A stretch of 63,271 nucleotides of DNA, the filler included, from Reticulomyxa filosa (lineage: Eukaryota; Protista; Foraminifera), in assembly GCA_000512085.1 (NCBI GenBank). It is 23 parts of 23 records of this genome, joined end to end, with 100 filler letters (N's around TTAATTAATTAA, not from the genome) between each part and the next. Parts side by side here need not be neighbours in the genome. Positions count along the whole stretch, not along the records: positions 1 to 14,592 come from ASPP01020344.1; 22 more parts are not named here. One strand, written 5' to 3'. The notes below the pieces were generated by a model. That model did not search any database. It saw only the letters and a list, made by a program, of their open reading frames with translations, and was not told where the DNA came from. This document shows, piece after piece, positions 1 through 12,860 of the stretch. The position numbers and the translations under genes were made by a program. Position 1 is the first letter of the stretch, and every line of letters begins with the position of its first letter.

Positions 1-35
<35 letters not shown>

Positions 36-40
36 ATATA
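1..40. repeat. (TA)n microsatellite at contig edge, probably intronic
   Basis: TATATA run seen directly. Confidence 0.9.
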
Positions 41-51
41 CGTCTCTTTTA

Positions 52-3000
52 TTAAAATATAAAAGTATACATAACAATCAAAGCTCCAGCGACACAAATG
101 ACAGCAAGTGCAGCGTACTGCTCAAAATCGCCTGTGAAAACCTGTTCGGACACACTGAGGACAAAGATCCAGTCCAGTTTTGCCCACTCTTCGTCAGTGT
201 CGGTGATGTTGAGTTTGTCCTTGTAGACGTAGACAGCGACGGCGGGATAAGCAAAGATTTGCTTGAGCAGTTTGAGTTGATCGGCCTGCGGTATTTGATC
301 CGGCGAGGGTTGAATCAAGTACTGGGTAACGAGAGCGACGGTGGAGTCTTCGGATTGGTCGCCGTGCGTGACGTAGGGCATTCTTTGGCTGTATGGCGAG
401 TCGGAGTCAGTGATCAAATTCTTGGAAGTGGATTCGATCAAGTACCATTCCGACTGATTGGTATCTTCGGAGTAGCGATTGTTATGTCTGGCATTGGTCA
501 AGGCGAACATGGAAAAGTTGAGATCGGACATGGAGGAGACCTTGTAGTTTGTGCGCAGAGTGGCCAGACCGCTGGTTTCCCAAATGTTAATTTCGCCGAT
601 TTTGGCCACGGCCTGGAAGGATAGCAGCACGCCGACATGGATGACGGTGTCATTGGTGCGAATGGTCTCGTATAGTCCAAGATAGCAAACGGTGGAGCCA
701 TAAAAGCAAGAGAACGGCTTCGACCATCCGACGACTCCGTGCGTGGACTCCAAATGCACGACAATGGTCTTGGCCGCTGTGAATGTACTGCAATCCTGAA
801 TACTGTCGGTCCACATGCTACCATTCCAAAATACACACTTTTTCCACACACGACTTGTGTCTAGCGTGATCAGAGATGCGTTGATGAACGCACGTCCAAA
901 TGTCAATGTGGAACTGTTCGCCGTAAGATTAGACTCGACAGTGATCACGCCGAGCACTTCGTAGCCACTCCAAAACGAGGTCAGCTCTGTATCGCGCACC
1001 GGCGTCGAATAGAACAGATCCATTGTGCCTTTGGCATTCTGCAACATCAATCGCCCTTTGAAGTACTCAAACTCCATTCCTAATTCCCCGACTCTTGTCG
1101 ATATCGACATGTAGTTTTGCTGCATTTCATCAATCGCGTGCGATACCAACGAGCGACAGCCCAAGTAACTCAGACCCACGCAAACCAACACGAGCACCAG
1201 CAGCACCGTCTGCAAGCGCGAGGCCATGAGTCCCCACGTGGTCTGCCATTGCGACGATTCGCGATTGAATATCGATCGCATTAGCTGTTGCTTAATACTC
1301 GATTGCATCTGCTTTCTCTGTTCTTTCTTTTTCCATTGCTGGATTTGCAAGCGCGCTTGTCGTGACGAAAATTTCCGTACCCGTTTGTCCTTCTGTTTTA
1401 TTGCCATCATTTTCATCTTCATCTCCATCTTCATTCATATTTTCATTTTCATTGTCATTCTCATCTTCTTGATTATGTCCCGGCTCACTTTGAGTTATGT
1501 CTCCCAAGTCTTGCGGGACAGATGCTCCCGGCTGCTCGTCGGCAAAGGCCACCACTTTGTTCTGCTTTTTTTGGTCGGCCAAGTTTTCGACAGTGGTGAG
1601 TTGTATTTCCTGACTCAGCTGCTTTTCGATGGGATACGGCTCCTGCGCATCTCCTCCATTCTTGTCTTCGGTCTTGTCCCCTATCTTACTGCGGTGCAGC
1701 TGCGCGAGCAACTGTTCCTTCTGCGCCTTGGCCTTGGTCATGATACTCTTCACGACGTCGGCGTCCGGGGCTTTGGCCTGCTGGCCTTGCGTGATGACCG
1801 TGAAGAACGGGTGAACACGATAGCGCTCGTCCATGGGAATGACTGGCACGGCTTGTCCGATGAAGGCAATGGCAACAGCAAAGAGACAGGCCAGCGAAGT
1901 GAGCACGACGACAACAGTGAAGGCATTATTGCCGTTTTTGTTGACTTGATCAAAAGGGTATACAACGACGCACCAGAATTGAATAAATGACGACGATGAC
2001 GACGACGACGATGATGATGATGATGATATTATAAGTTGAACGAGATGTGAGTATACGTAATACTTATCCCCATGCGTGGACTGCATTTCATACAGCTTAC
2101 CATTGGCAAAGTCGGGATCGGACTGCCATTTGGACAAGTCTTTGACAGTCTCTTTGATAATTTTGGAATGCGACTTGATCGCGGACCCTTTTCCTGTGGT
2201 GCCCAGTGTCTGCGTGGCGCTGTTCAGTCCAATGTTGCTCGTGTTGCTGGTGTGTTCGGAGATTTGATAGCCTTTGTCGCCGACCGACGTGACGATGACA
2301 TCGCCGTAGACGTCATCGCTGACCCAATACACGACGGCGCCCAAGTGTAAACTCAGCGACTGATACTTGGCATCGATCTGCGAAGATCGCACAATGACCA
2401 CGATCATCTGATCCCAGGCCGAGTTATAGCGAAATTGCGCCATCCACAGCGACGGGGACTGCGCGCCTAGCGCAATGTCGTTGAACCAATACCAGCGTTG
2501 GAACGTGCTGACGTTGGCCTGATAGCGATACGACCAAACATCGGCGAGCAGACCACTGAGCGACGACGTGGTGAAGTTCGAGCCGGTCGATTGCAGAGTT
2601 TGCTTGGGGATGTAATTTTGGCAAGAAAAATTGCCAAACTCTACGACCCCATTGCAGGCTACTAGATAAGGATCTTCGACAATTATCCCTTGAGCCAACA
2701 CGATTCCGTTCGTTGAATCATGCACCAATCCAAACACGGCATCGATTGTGGTCTCCACGATTGTGGGCTTGAAATAACTTTGGTATAAAAACTCCAACGG
2801 GTCGGTGTTGTTTACAGGCAGTTTGATGCGATTGGAAAAGTCCAGAAATCTCTCGCTTGCGAAAAATGACTGCGTTGCAATTAGCTTTGTAGAATTACCC
2901 AACACTGCGTCGCCCATTTGCATTACGCCTTTCGTCGTTGCGTACAATGGCATGCTCAGCACTTGCCACGATATGTACCCACTGATCGCCACGACGCCAC

Positions 3001-6000
3001 ATAACAGTATCGCCATCGCCACCATTATCAATGTCAACTCGCACTTATTGCAACAGAGCATATGTCCGCTGCTGCCCTCCTTCGTTCGTCGAGGGTCACT
3101 CTTGTCTTTCTTCAGCTCGTCCAGTATGTCCACGTCCGTCAGCATCGTCTCATCCGTTCCGTTTTTGTTTATTGGCTGGTTCTCCGATTCTACTTTTTCT
3201 TTTTTTTTTTTTTCTTCAAATATAAATTTTGGTTGTAATTGAGTCACAAACTGACTTAGCCATGACACCTTTTTTTTTTTTGTGTGTGTATATATATGTG
3301 TATATTATTATTATTTCTTTTTAACAAACAAAAAAAAATCGAGGGGGATCACTTTTTTTTTTTTTGCGCTACAAAACAATGTTTCTTTCAATGATCTTGG
3401 AAACGTATTGCTCCGTGTCTTGCATCAACTCCTCTTCTTGAAATGCCCTCTCAAACTCCCTTGCGACATCGAAGCCACTGTAAAAGTTGTCCTGATTGGA
3501 AGGGGAGACCAGGGACAACGGCAAGGAAGAGGAAGATGAATAGTCCCGATACGGGTACGCGCACAAATCGCTGGGCTTCACTTCCACCAAACGAAAGCCC
3601 ACGTTTTTGCCACGCGTATAATGCTGAAACATGGCAACAAATGACTTGCGATCCAACAGATGGCGTGACAGTGTAAAGGCAATGTGCTGAAATATCAATT
3701 GTGGCTTATTGCGATACAACCGCTGTGTGTCGTCCACGCGGATTCCAAAGGTTATCAACACTTGTGTCGATCTCCGATTTAAACATCCAATGTTATACCA
3801 CTTTGTCAACACTGTCTTCTGTCGCACTACGATATCGTTATGGGATATCTCCGTCGTTTCCTCTTCTTCTGTCAAAGACGGAATACCTTGATATCCCTTT
3901 ATGATCGCCTCTTTGATGTGATACAATAAATCGCGATTTTGCAAATCTTTCAATGTTTTGCTCGTATCCAATTCCAATGTCAGACTGAGTTGTAACTCTA
4001 TTTTTTTGTTATTTGGTGCAATTCACCATTTATTACAAAGTTTTAGATTGGAGTCGACACGTATACGTTACATGCTCGCAACGTACATAAAAATATATAC
4101 ATATATGTATATGCATGTGTGAGTGTAAAAAAAAAAAAAAAAAAAAAAAAAAGCTTTGGACCTCCAACCAAGTTGGTTCGATGATAATTGTAATCATCTC
4201 GATACAACAACACAGACAACAAGTTGTCAATGGCAAAAATCCAGCCACGATTGTTATGCGCGATGGCATTGTCTTCTTTACGTAACAATTGCATGGCGGT
4301 GAGAAATGGCGCAATGGCCTCAATGCCAATGGTGTCGCGGGCATCGTGTTCGTTGTACACAATGGACATGAGTTCGCGATAACAATGCATTTCATCTTCG
4401 TTGGGTGTGAGTTGAAACACTTCTTGAAACACCGTCGGGTTGTTCCAGTAATGTACCTTTTCATAGTATGATACGCTCAGAGTCGTCGTACGCGTATCTG
4501 CTACTACTGAACCTGACACGTCTCGCGGCGCAGTTTCATTGACCACTTCCGATGCTCGTGGCATTGGAGTTGCTATATTGCGAGCTGACAATGGCTATCA
4601 TTATATATGTACATATATGTATATACGTATATATGTATATACGTATATATGTATATATCAAATAAAAAGAAAAGTCAAAAGCACGTTCAACACATCCTCA
4701 ACGATATGACTGAGATGCTTGTCAATGAGTCGTGTCAATCGAGTTTTGTTCCAGTTGTACAAACCATTGTTGTCATATTTCTCCACACTAGCATGTTCAC
4801 AAGACATTTGCATGCATTACGCAAGATTTGTTCAAGCAAACACGCAAAGACATGACAAATACAAAAGAGCATATACGTGTACCGTACATTCGTTTCAATT
4901 CGATGTCTGGTATTTGTCGATGTGACCCCTTACGCAAAAGCTATATAATATGTACAATATACACATACACATATGCATGTACATGTATATATGGACTTGT
5001 ACAGTCAATTTGAAAAGACAGCAACTAACATTGGCGCGGTTTCCATGCTGCATAAATTTTCGAAACAAAAATTGGATATGTGAGGTGTGCATAATGGCAT
5101 CTTTGCGTTTTGAATGGTTTGATGGATACATGGTAGGCGTCCTCTTGATTTCCTCTTCCAAGTCTTTTTTGACTACAAGACCGGTGATGTTATGTCCTGC
5201 TTTTGCCAGACAGCGGGCTTGGTGATACAAATAGTCGGACAATGTCTCAAAGATATTGTACTCTTCTTGCAAAAAATGCAGTGTACAAAAGAGTCTTCGA
5301 ATCTCGTGCATTGATTCCGTAAGTTCGACCTCTTGCGCCAACTTTTCCATAAACACATTGTTGAACACTGGTTTCAATACGTGTTTAACGGCGTATTCGC
5401 TTTGTTCAAATGTGCGATGAAAGATTTTGTTTTTGTAGTCGTCGTCGTCGTCGTCCACGTTTTTCAATGACTGCTGTTGATGTGGACTGCTTTTCTTTGG
5501 CGTGGTCACGGGAGGTACATTCAAGTTGCGTGGTGATTGCGATGTTTGATTATTGTATTTTTTTTCTTCTTCTTCTTCTAATAGTGAGTTTATATTTAGT
5601 TCTGCCATTTCGCCATCTTCATTTTTATTCTCATTTTCTTCTGTTGTTGTCGGGTCGACCTTTTTTTCGTTTTCCTTTTTTTCCCCCCCCCCCCCAGCAG
5701 GTTCACATACACACAAAAAAAAGAACATTAAAAAAAACTATGACAAGCATGCAACATTGTCGCATACGCCACAACGAATAGTTGAATGATATTATACGAA
5801 ACAATGAAGAAAATACCTCTGCAATGCTCTTAAAATCGTCGACTGATACACTTTTTGCCACATTTTCTAATTTGGGATGTACTAAGTCACTTTTGCTCGG
5901 AGGAGCGCTTCTTGGGCTAGTATTATTATCTCCTGCATTTGTTTCAGCTGGAGGTGATCTACGTGGTGGAGGGGGAGGAGGACGACGAGGTGAACCATAG

Positions 6001-6008
6001 TCTGACAT
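52..6008 (-). CDS. Very large membrane protein (~1,740 aa, probably 3'-incomplete): unknown N-terminal region plus two TM / Cache-like / TM modules
   Basis: Frame-consistent GT-AG exons 6008-5817, 5659-5030, 4940-4888, 4787-4685, 4594-4162, 3997-3378 and 3268-~70, with one 1-nt shift (best placed at T5 1328-1332) joining ORFs 1292..3268 and 52..1434. Four hydrophobic helices. Each ~330-aa loop ends in a Cache-type motif (QFWCVVVYPFDQV; LDWIFVLSVSEQVF) just before a TM. Confidence 0.6.
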
Positions 6009-6371
6009 TATGTCCTAAATTTTATTTTTTTAACCATTCAAGGAGAACACTATTTTGTCAGCAGATACTGCATTACGACTAGGACACATCAAAAGAGTAG
6101 TTATATCTATTTAATTTTGGCCAAAATTGGGAATATTCATGCCGAGCAATCTAAACTTAATTGGCAACTTTATTTCAAAGCAGTACAGGAGTTATATTTG
6201 TAGTTCCACTCAGTTAAATTTTTAAAAATTACATCAAAACGAAAGCAATGTTGTAAAAACTAACAGTACATTGCTGTCGGTGATTGTTTCTGCTCTTTAC
6301 AAAGATAACAAGTCCTTTGGGCTTATCCGTTTTTGGGAGAAAAAAAAGTTCGAATTCAAAGAAATAATAAT

Positions 6372-7900
6372 ATGACCTCCTCAGCAAAATCAGAAGAGAA
6401 AACGACTTCCCAACCACATGAAGACAAACCTCAGGAATCGACCGAGGAACATAAGAAAATAAAAGAAAAGAAGAAGAAATTGTACGAAAAAGCTAAAAAG
6501 AACAAGGAAGCGTTGGAATGCCGAATGTATCGCAAGCGTTAAGTTTTTGTTTAAGCATGAATTGAATTAACAAAATGTACAAATGAAAAAAAAAAAAAAT
6601 AAAAACAAACAGCATGGCCAGAAGAAACAGACATTCTGTTATGCGAAGTTCGTTCCTTTGCAGAAGACAAAGGAGCGTACTGTGATTTGTTGGAATACAA
6701 TGGCCGAGAGGGATTATTACTGTTTAGCGAATTGCAAAGAAAACGTATACGTAGTGTGAAGGGAGTAATAAAAAAGGGGGGCCGCGAGGTTGTAACAGTA
6801 TTGAAATTGGACCGTGAAAAGGGTTACATTGATTTATCAAGAAAGCGAGTGACAGATGAAGAGAAAACGGATATGAACATTAAATGGAATAAATCAAAAA
6901 TTGTGCATTCGATAATGAAAGAATTGTGCACATTGTTGCAATCGAAATACACGGTCAAAGAATTGTATCAAACATTTGGTTGGAAAATGTATGAATTATT
7001 TGATCACGCTTATGATGGATTTAAGTTAATGATGAATGATCGAGAAGCGTTTGACAAAATTATTCAGCAAGAAGTGCAGGTTGTGTATGTGTGTTTTTTT
7101 AAGTACGCGCCCCCTTTTTCTTCGCATCACTTTTATAAATTTTTTTTAAAAGGAGGGCAGAATAAACTGTAATATCTTTGAATTCATAAAATACAATTTC
7201 AACAACAAATATATATTTATATACATATATAAAGCGAGTGAAAGAAGAAGAAGAATACGAAAATTGGGAAGAAGATGAAGATGACATTGACGGAACAAAA
7301 GATGGCATCGAAGAAGACTTGGATGAACAACAGCGCAAACGAAAAGAAGAAATCGAAAAAATGACTCGACAATTTCAGGGTATCCCACCGGAATTTGAGG
7401 CATTGCTTACTGAAATAATTAAAAAAAAATTGAAACCTACTTTAGTTGCTGTTCGAAGTACTATTGAATTAACTTGTTTTACCAAACATGGCGTGAAAGG
7501 CATTCGACAGGCTTTGAAAAATGTCTTAAAGTGGTCACAAGAACAACAAGAATTAATGAGAATGGAAAAAAATAAACACCAACAACATGTACTGACACAA
7601 CAGTCACAAGGTACTGGCGATCAAAACGAGGAGGAAGTCATGGTCTCTGAGGGATTTTCTTTAAAATTAATTGCACCTCCTGAATATCAATTAACTTCTG
7701 AAACTTTAGAAGCTATCGAAACAATGCAATTTATGAAACAATTCAATCAACAATTACAACAAGAAATTGCAGTATTTGGTGGAACTATTAAAATAAAAGA
7801 GCAGCCAAATATTGTTAACTTGGATGAAACAAGATTAGCTTTGCAAGCTGAAGTAGCTGATGATCAAAAAGAGGACCCAGAAATGGAAGATATTAATTAA
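6372..7900 (+). CDS. EIF2S1: Translation initiation factor 2 alpha, divergent (432 aa)
   Basis: Exons 6372-6537, 6613-7079, 7235-7900 (1299 nt). Motifs CRMYRKPWPE, GAYCDLLEYNGREG, RIRS, KGYIDLSRKRV, HAYDGFK, IELTCF, LIAPPEY. Confidence 0.92.
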
Positions 7901-9964
7901 TCGAATTGGCTGATTTTTTTGTTAGTTATTGAATTTATTAAAAAAGCTTAGTTTTGACGAAGCAATAAAAATTTTTAAAAGAGTTATCATTTAAAATGAA
8001 GAAATTTTTTTAATCGGATTGCTTTTCTTTCAGTAATGTTGATTTTTGTCTGCACCGAAGTTTAATGAAAACAAAAGCAAATTAACACAAAAGATGTTTC
8101 AAAAATTCATCATAGCATTTTTCAATATTGAAGTAATGAATTTATGGATTTACATAAGATTATTTAGAAAAAAAGGGATTTAAAATGGAATTATTAAAAA
8201 ACAAAATTAAACAATTTTTATATTCCAATATCTTTGACTATTTATTTCAAATCAATACACTATTTAACATAGGCCGAATTCGTAATGTTTTATACTTTTC
8301 GTTCACATCTAAACACTCAAAGTTTTCACTAGACATACTGGTGCTGTGTGTATTATTTAACGCTTGGATGAACAGTTCGTTCAAAGCAATTGCATAACTA
8401 ATTCTAATTTTTTTTCATAAAGTAATTATTTTTTTGTCAATATGTGTTTGTGCTGCAAAAGCCAAGATGCATTTATTTGATCATTCAGATAACCATTAAA
8501 TATGTATGTATACAAACATTTTAAAAATTATACTGAATTGTTGTTATTGTTCAAAATTTGTTCTGCTATTTTGAATAAATAATAAACGATTTGTGAAAAT
8601 GCTTTATTCAAGCACGGTTCTATCATGTTTTAAATTGAATTTGATATGATAAAACTATAGACAAATTTGATGTACTTGACGGCGCTGCGACAATATGCAG
8701 TGTACACATCTTACTGTTGCCAAAGCATAAGCTTATTCATGGACTTCCACTTCATAAAAGCAAGACACTGAAAATAAGACAACGCTTTGTTGATATTCTT
8801 GTGGATCGTCGTGATCGCATCATTGTCCTGCGTGATAACTGCATATTAAAGCATTTATATGATCATCAACAAGTTACAAAATTCACCTGACGAATTTTGG
8901 TTGGATGCCTCTGTGAAATAGTTAATTGCTTTTGTAGCATTGACAGATATTTGATGCAGATCACCGTATAATAAATGAAGCTAAATGAGCATGTGCAAAT
9001 TGTCTTTTCTATAGCTGCAAATTTGAATAACAAAATTACAGTACTAATATTTATTTCATTCACATTTGCGATACTTTTTTATAATTATTTTAATGTTGTG
9101 AGTTTTTAAAAAACAAAACATTAACCAAAGCAAATATGCAAATATTGATCAGTATAGATATCAACACACATAACATTGCCATTGTTGTCAAATGCGTGCT
9201 TGCTACGAGTCGATTTACATATTTATTATTACGATACGTATTAATTGTTGCAGCTTTTGGAACATACATATTCAGTGACTACCTTTCTTGCAATTACGTT
9301 GTAATATGTATCACTAGTCGCAATACAGAATTCTTTCATATTGCTACATGTTGATGTAGTATTATAAGTTCATGATTTCACACTAATCTGTCACTAAATT
9401 GCTACAAATATCACTTACGCTTACGCCAGCTAGCAAAAAGCTTAATTTTAGTATTGGCTACATCTTTCTTATGCATTATTATCAAATTGATAATTGAAGG
9501 ATTTTTAAAAAAAACTAGTCGTTTTAAACTAACAATGTTCGTTCATGTCATAATTGATAATACTAAATTTTTTTTAATGAAAAATATTGTAAGATAAGTC
9601 CCTATTATGAGTCGCAAAATTATAAGGGAACTGTAGAGCCCCAGTGAGCTAAACTCTCTTCACAAGCGCAACTCATTTTCTGTCTTGTTTTACTCTTTTC
9701 TGTGTTGTAATCATCGTCATTAATTTACTTTTTTATTGAAATTTGTTTTTGGAAAATGCACATAACAATTTTGAATAGTTTGCTTGTGAACATTGAAACA
9801 GTAAATGTGATCTCAATCATTTTGTTTCTCAAAAAACGTGATAAATGGTGTAGATGTTTGCTAAGCACCATAGTTTTTCAATAGTAAAATTCTTAAAATT
9901 TCGAGTTATTTTGAGTATTTATTTTATATAACTGATTATTAAAAATAAAACAATGACTTATGAG

Positions 9965-11996
9965 TCAGATTTCATCAGTGTATCGAGAGGCAATTCCAGT
10001 GAGTCCTTGTTCAACATTACTTGGTGGCAAGTTATCATCAGCAACTTCGGCTCCTTTGAATGTCCTTTTTTGAGACATGTGCCATGCAGCATCCATTTTC
10101 ACAACATCTCCTGGTTTATGGAATGGAATCAAATCTCTTTCATCTGTGAGTGATCAATTACAAAAAGAGATGATAAATTGTACATTTTGGATTTTTTTAA
10201 AAAGGAACATAAAATTACTGAGTTGTAAAGCTTGTTTTTTCAAAGAGGAAATTGTAGGACGTAGTTTTCCATCAATAGCAGAAAAACGCATTTCATTATG
10301 CTCTGCTTCATTAGATTTTTGTTCATGAGAAGTGGAGCCCAATCGAAAACAGTCTTTATTTAAGATGTCATTGAAATCAGTTGAAAATAATCCAGTCCAA
10401 CTTGCATGATCGATATTTAAAGCTAATTCGCATTCAAATGGCGTTACAAGACCTTGTGAATAATTTTGTTGTTGCCAAAGCCAAAGGTATTGAAAAGATA
10501 AAGGACAGGTAATGACAACAAATAATTCCACTTCGCTAAAATTACCGAGTTTACATTCATTCATTTTTCCAACACTGATTAAATAACATTTTTTATTAAC
10601 ACTTGAGATTAACTGTTTCAAATACTTGACAATTTCCAAATATCGATCTTTTAGTTATTTGGAAATGTTCCAAAGCAAACATAAATGAGATCTCTCTATT
10701 TTTATCGAAAGAAAAGAACACACCAACAACCAACGTGCCAATGACAATTCCAATAATGTTGGCATCTCGAATTTTTTCAATGAATTGGTAACGATACATT
10801 AATAATCTTGACAACAATTGCTCGTGTGGAGTAGATGACAATTTGCAATGATCAATAAAACTCTGTGGTATGGCATTATTATAATGGATGACTTTCCAAT
10901 CTGCAAAATTGGCTAACAATGCTGAGTAAAATACTTTTTTTCCAAAACGGCCGTTTCTGTCGCATCGTTTAATTCAGTATGGCTTATATACAATAATCCT
11001 TTTTTTAACTCTCTTTGATTGGCTACCAGCCTCAAATCATTTAACAATGTGTCACTTATATCAAAATAATAGCCACTGAAGTGGTGAGGTAGCTTCAATC
11101 GATTCAATTGTATTTCTAACACTTTGTCTTTTGTTTTGTTTTTATAGCGCGACAAGTCACGGTCAATTGTGCCAATTACAAATCGATTTGCTAGTCTTTC
11201 GTTTAACAAATCATGCAACTGTGAGTGAAGATAGTCAAAATAGTGCTCGTATACAACATAAACCACGTCGTAATTTTTCCAATGTTCAATACTAGCTATG
11301 TATTTGTGTGTGGAGATATGCTTTTGAAGGAGTGGAAGACTACTGAAATCGCAGACAAAGCTGTAATACCTTCAATTTGTTTTGTAAACATGGATAAATC
11401 AAATTTCATTCGTTGCAATACATAATATACGGGTAGACGATTTGTTCTTTTTTTTTTTGAAAGCAAAAAAAAGGTAATTATTCACATTTGCGCAAACGCG
11501 CATTTTTGTTTGCTCGTCTTCTTTGTACACATATTATACACACTCACGGTGAGCAGCAAGTGTTGCCGTAATGCACGATGGCATCACATTTGGCATGTTG
11601 AGCAGCAATTTCATCGACACAACAAGGTGCAAAAGTTGTGTCACCCAATACATAGGTTTTCAAACTATTGATTGCTACAGTTTTCTCTTTGATGTCATCG
11701 TTATCATTAGTTGTTACTTTTTGACTTTTTTGTGCAAACAATAATTCTAAACGCTTACATATTTCAAATGAATATTTCAATAAGTCATCTGGGAATTGTA
11801 ATGCTACCTGTTTGAGTATAATTTACATTAAGTTTCGTCTAAAAAACGATTTGGTGGATGACCCGCGTTTAAACTAAACAAACAACTGTCTTACTTTTGT
11901 CACCGAATGATCAACAAGAAAATCCACAGTTTCTTCAAATTCCCAAACAAAATCATCAATAGTTGCGCTAAGTTGGGTAAGATTTGAAGAATCCAT
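9965..11996 (-). CDS. DPH2: Diphthamide biosynthesis protein 2
   Basis: VALQFPDDLL, LGDTTFAPCCVDEIAAQH, IVHYGNTC, IIGIVIGTL, VGKMNECKLGNF, VTPFE, and a DPH2-type tail RTFKG...GLTGIASRY. Multi-exon, with one 1-nt shift at 10935-10941. Confidence 0.85.
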
Positions 11997-12860
11997 TTCT
12001 GGGCAAATATTTATTAAAATTATATCCTTTTTTTGATATGACTTTTAATTTCGTTTTGTTTCGTTAATACGAACGACACTGATAATTACTTATCATGTTC
12101 TCTAAATTTTATTTTATAATTTTTTTGTGTAAGGAAAATTTTATAAAAGAACGCAAGAACTTACTGTTTATCAATACATGTTTTTTCAACATTGACTTGG
12201 AAGAACATTTAACTAATACATTATATTGAACGCAAGATTGGTCGTCACAATGATTCGCGACTTCACAATATTATGCTTTGTCAATCAATGATTAGTCATC
12301 AACATGTTTTGCAGTGTAGTGTCATTTGAATATGATATCATAATAAGGTGATCTATAACACCTTTTTTTTACTGAACTAACAAACAATTTCCACAATATT
12401 AGACAATATGAAACACGACTTTTCGCAACTGTCCAAACAGAAAAACAAAAAATATTAAGTCAGTTTTAAGTTTGAAATTTATTTTTTCCTTTTCGCCATT
12501 TATTGCTTAAAAAAAAACTTCAAACAATGTGATAGCCGAGAATCAACTATCAATATTAATATCCTACACTGCAAACTGAAATTTGAAACTAGATAATTCC
12601 AATTTATAAACCAAAATGCATCAATTACTATTTTAGACGCAAAACAAAATTTATTGACAGTTTTATTTCTGAACTAATGAAGTGGTGTTTTTCAATGGTT
12701 TTAAATGGAATCGTTTTTAAAAAACCAAAAATATTGCAGGAAAGGACATAGTATTTTGAATTGGAATGTTTTATGTCAGCAAATAATGCAGAGACAAAAC
12801 GAGAACAAGAATTTGACTGGTATGCAAATCAAAACCTCACAACTCGCTCTGGCAATTTTT

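Noticed and set aside
1292-1297. Euplotes-type stop-triggered +1 frameshifting
   Set aside because: The other shifts are not at stop codons and are mostly -1. A homopolymer error explains this one.
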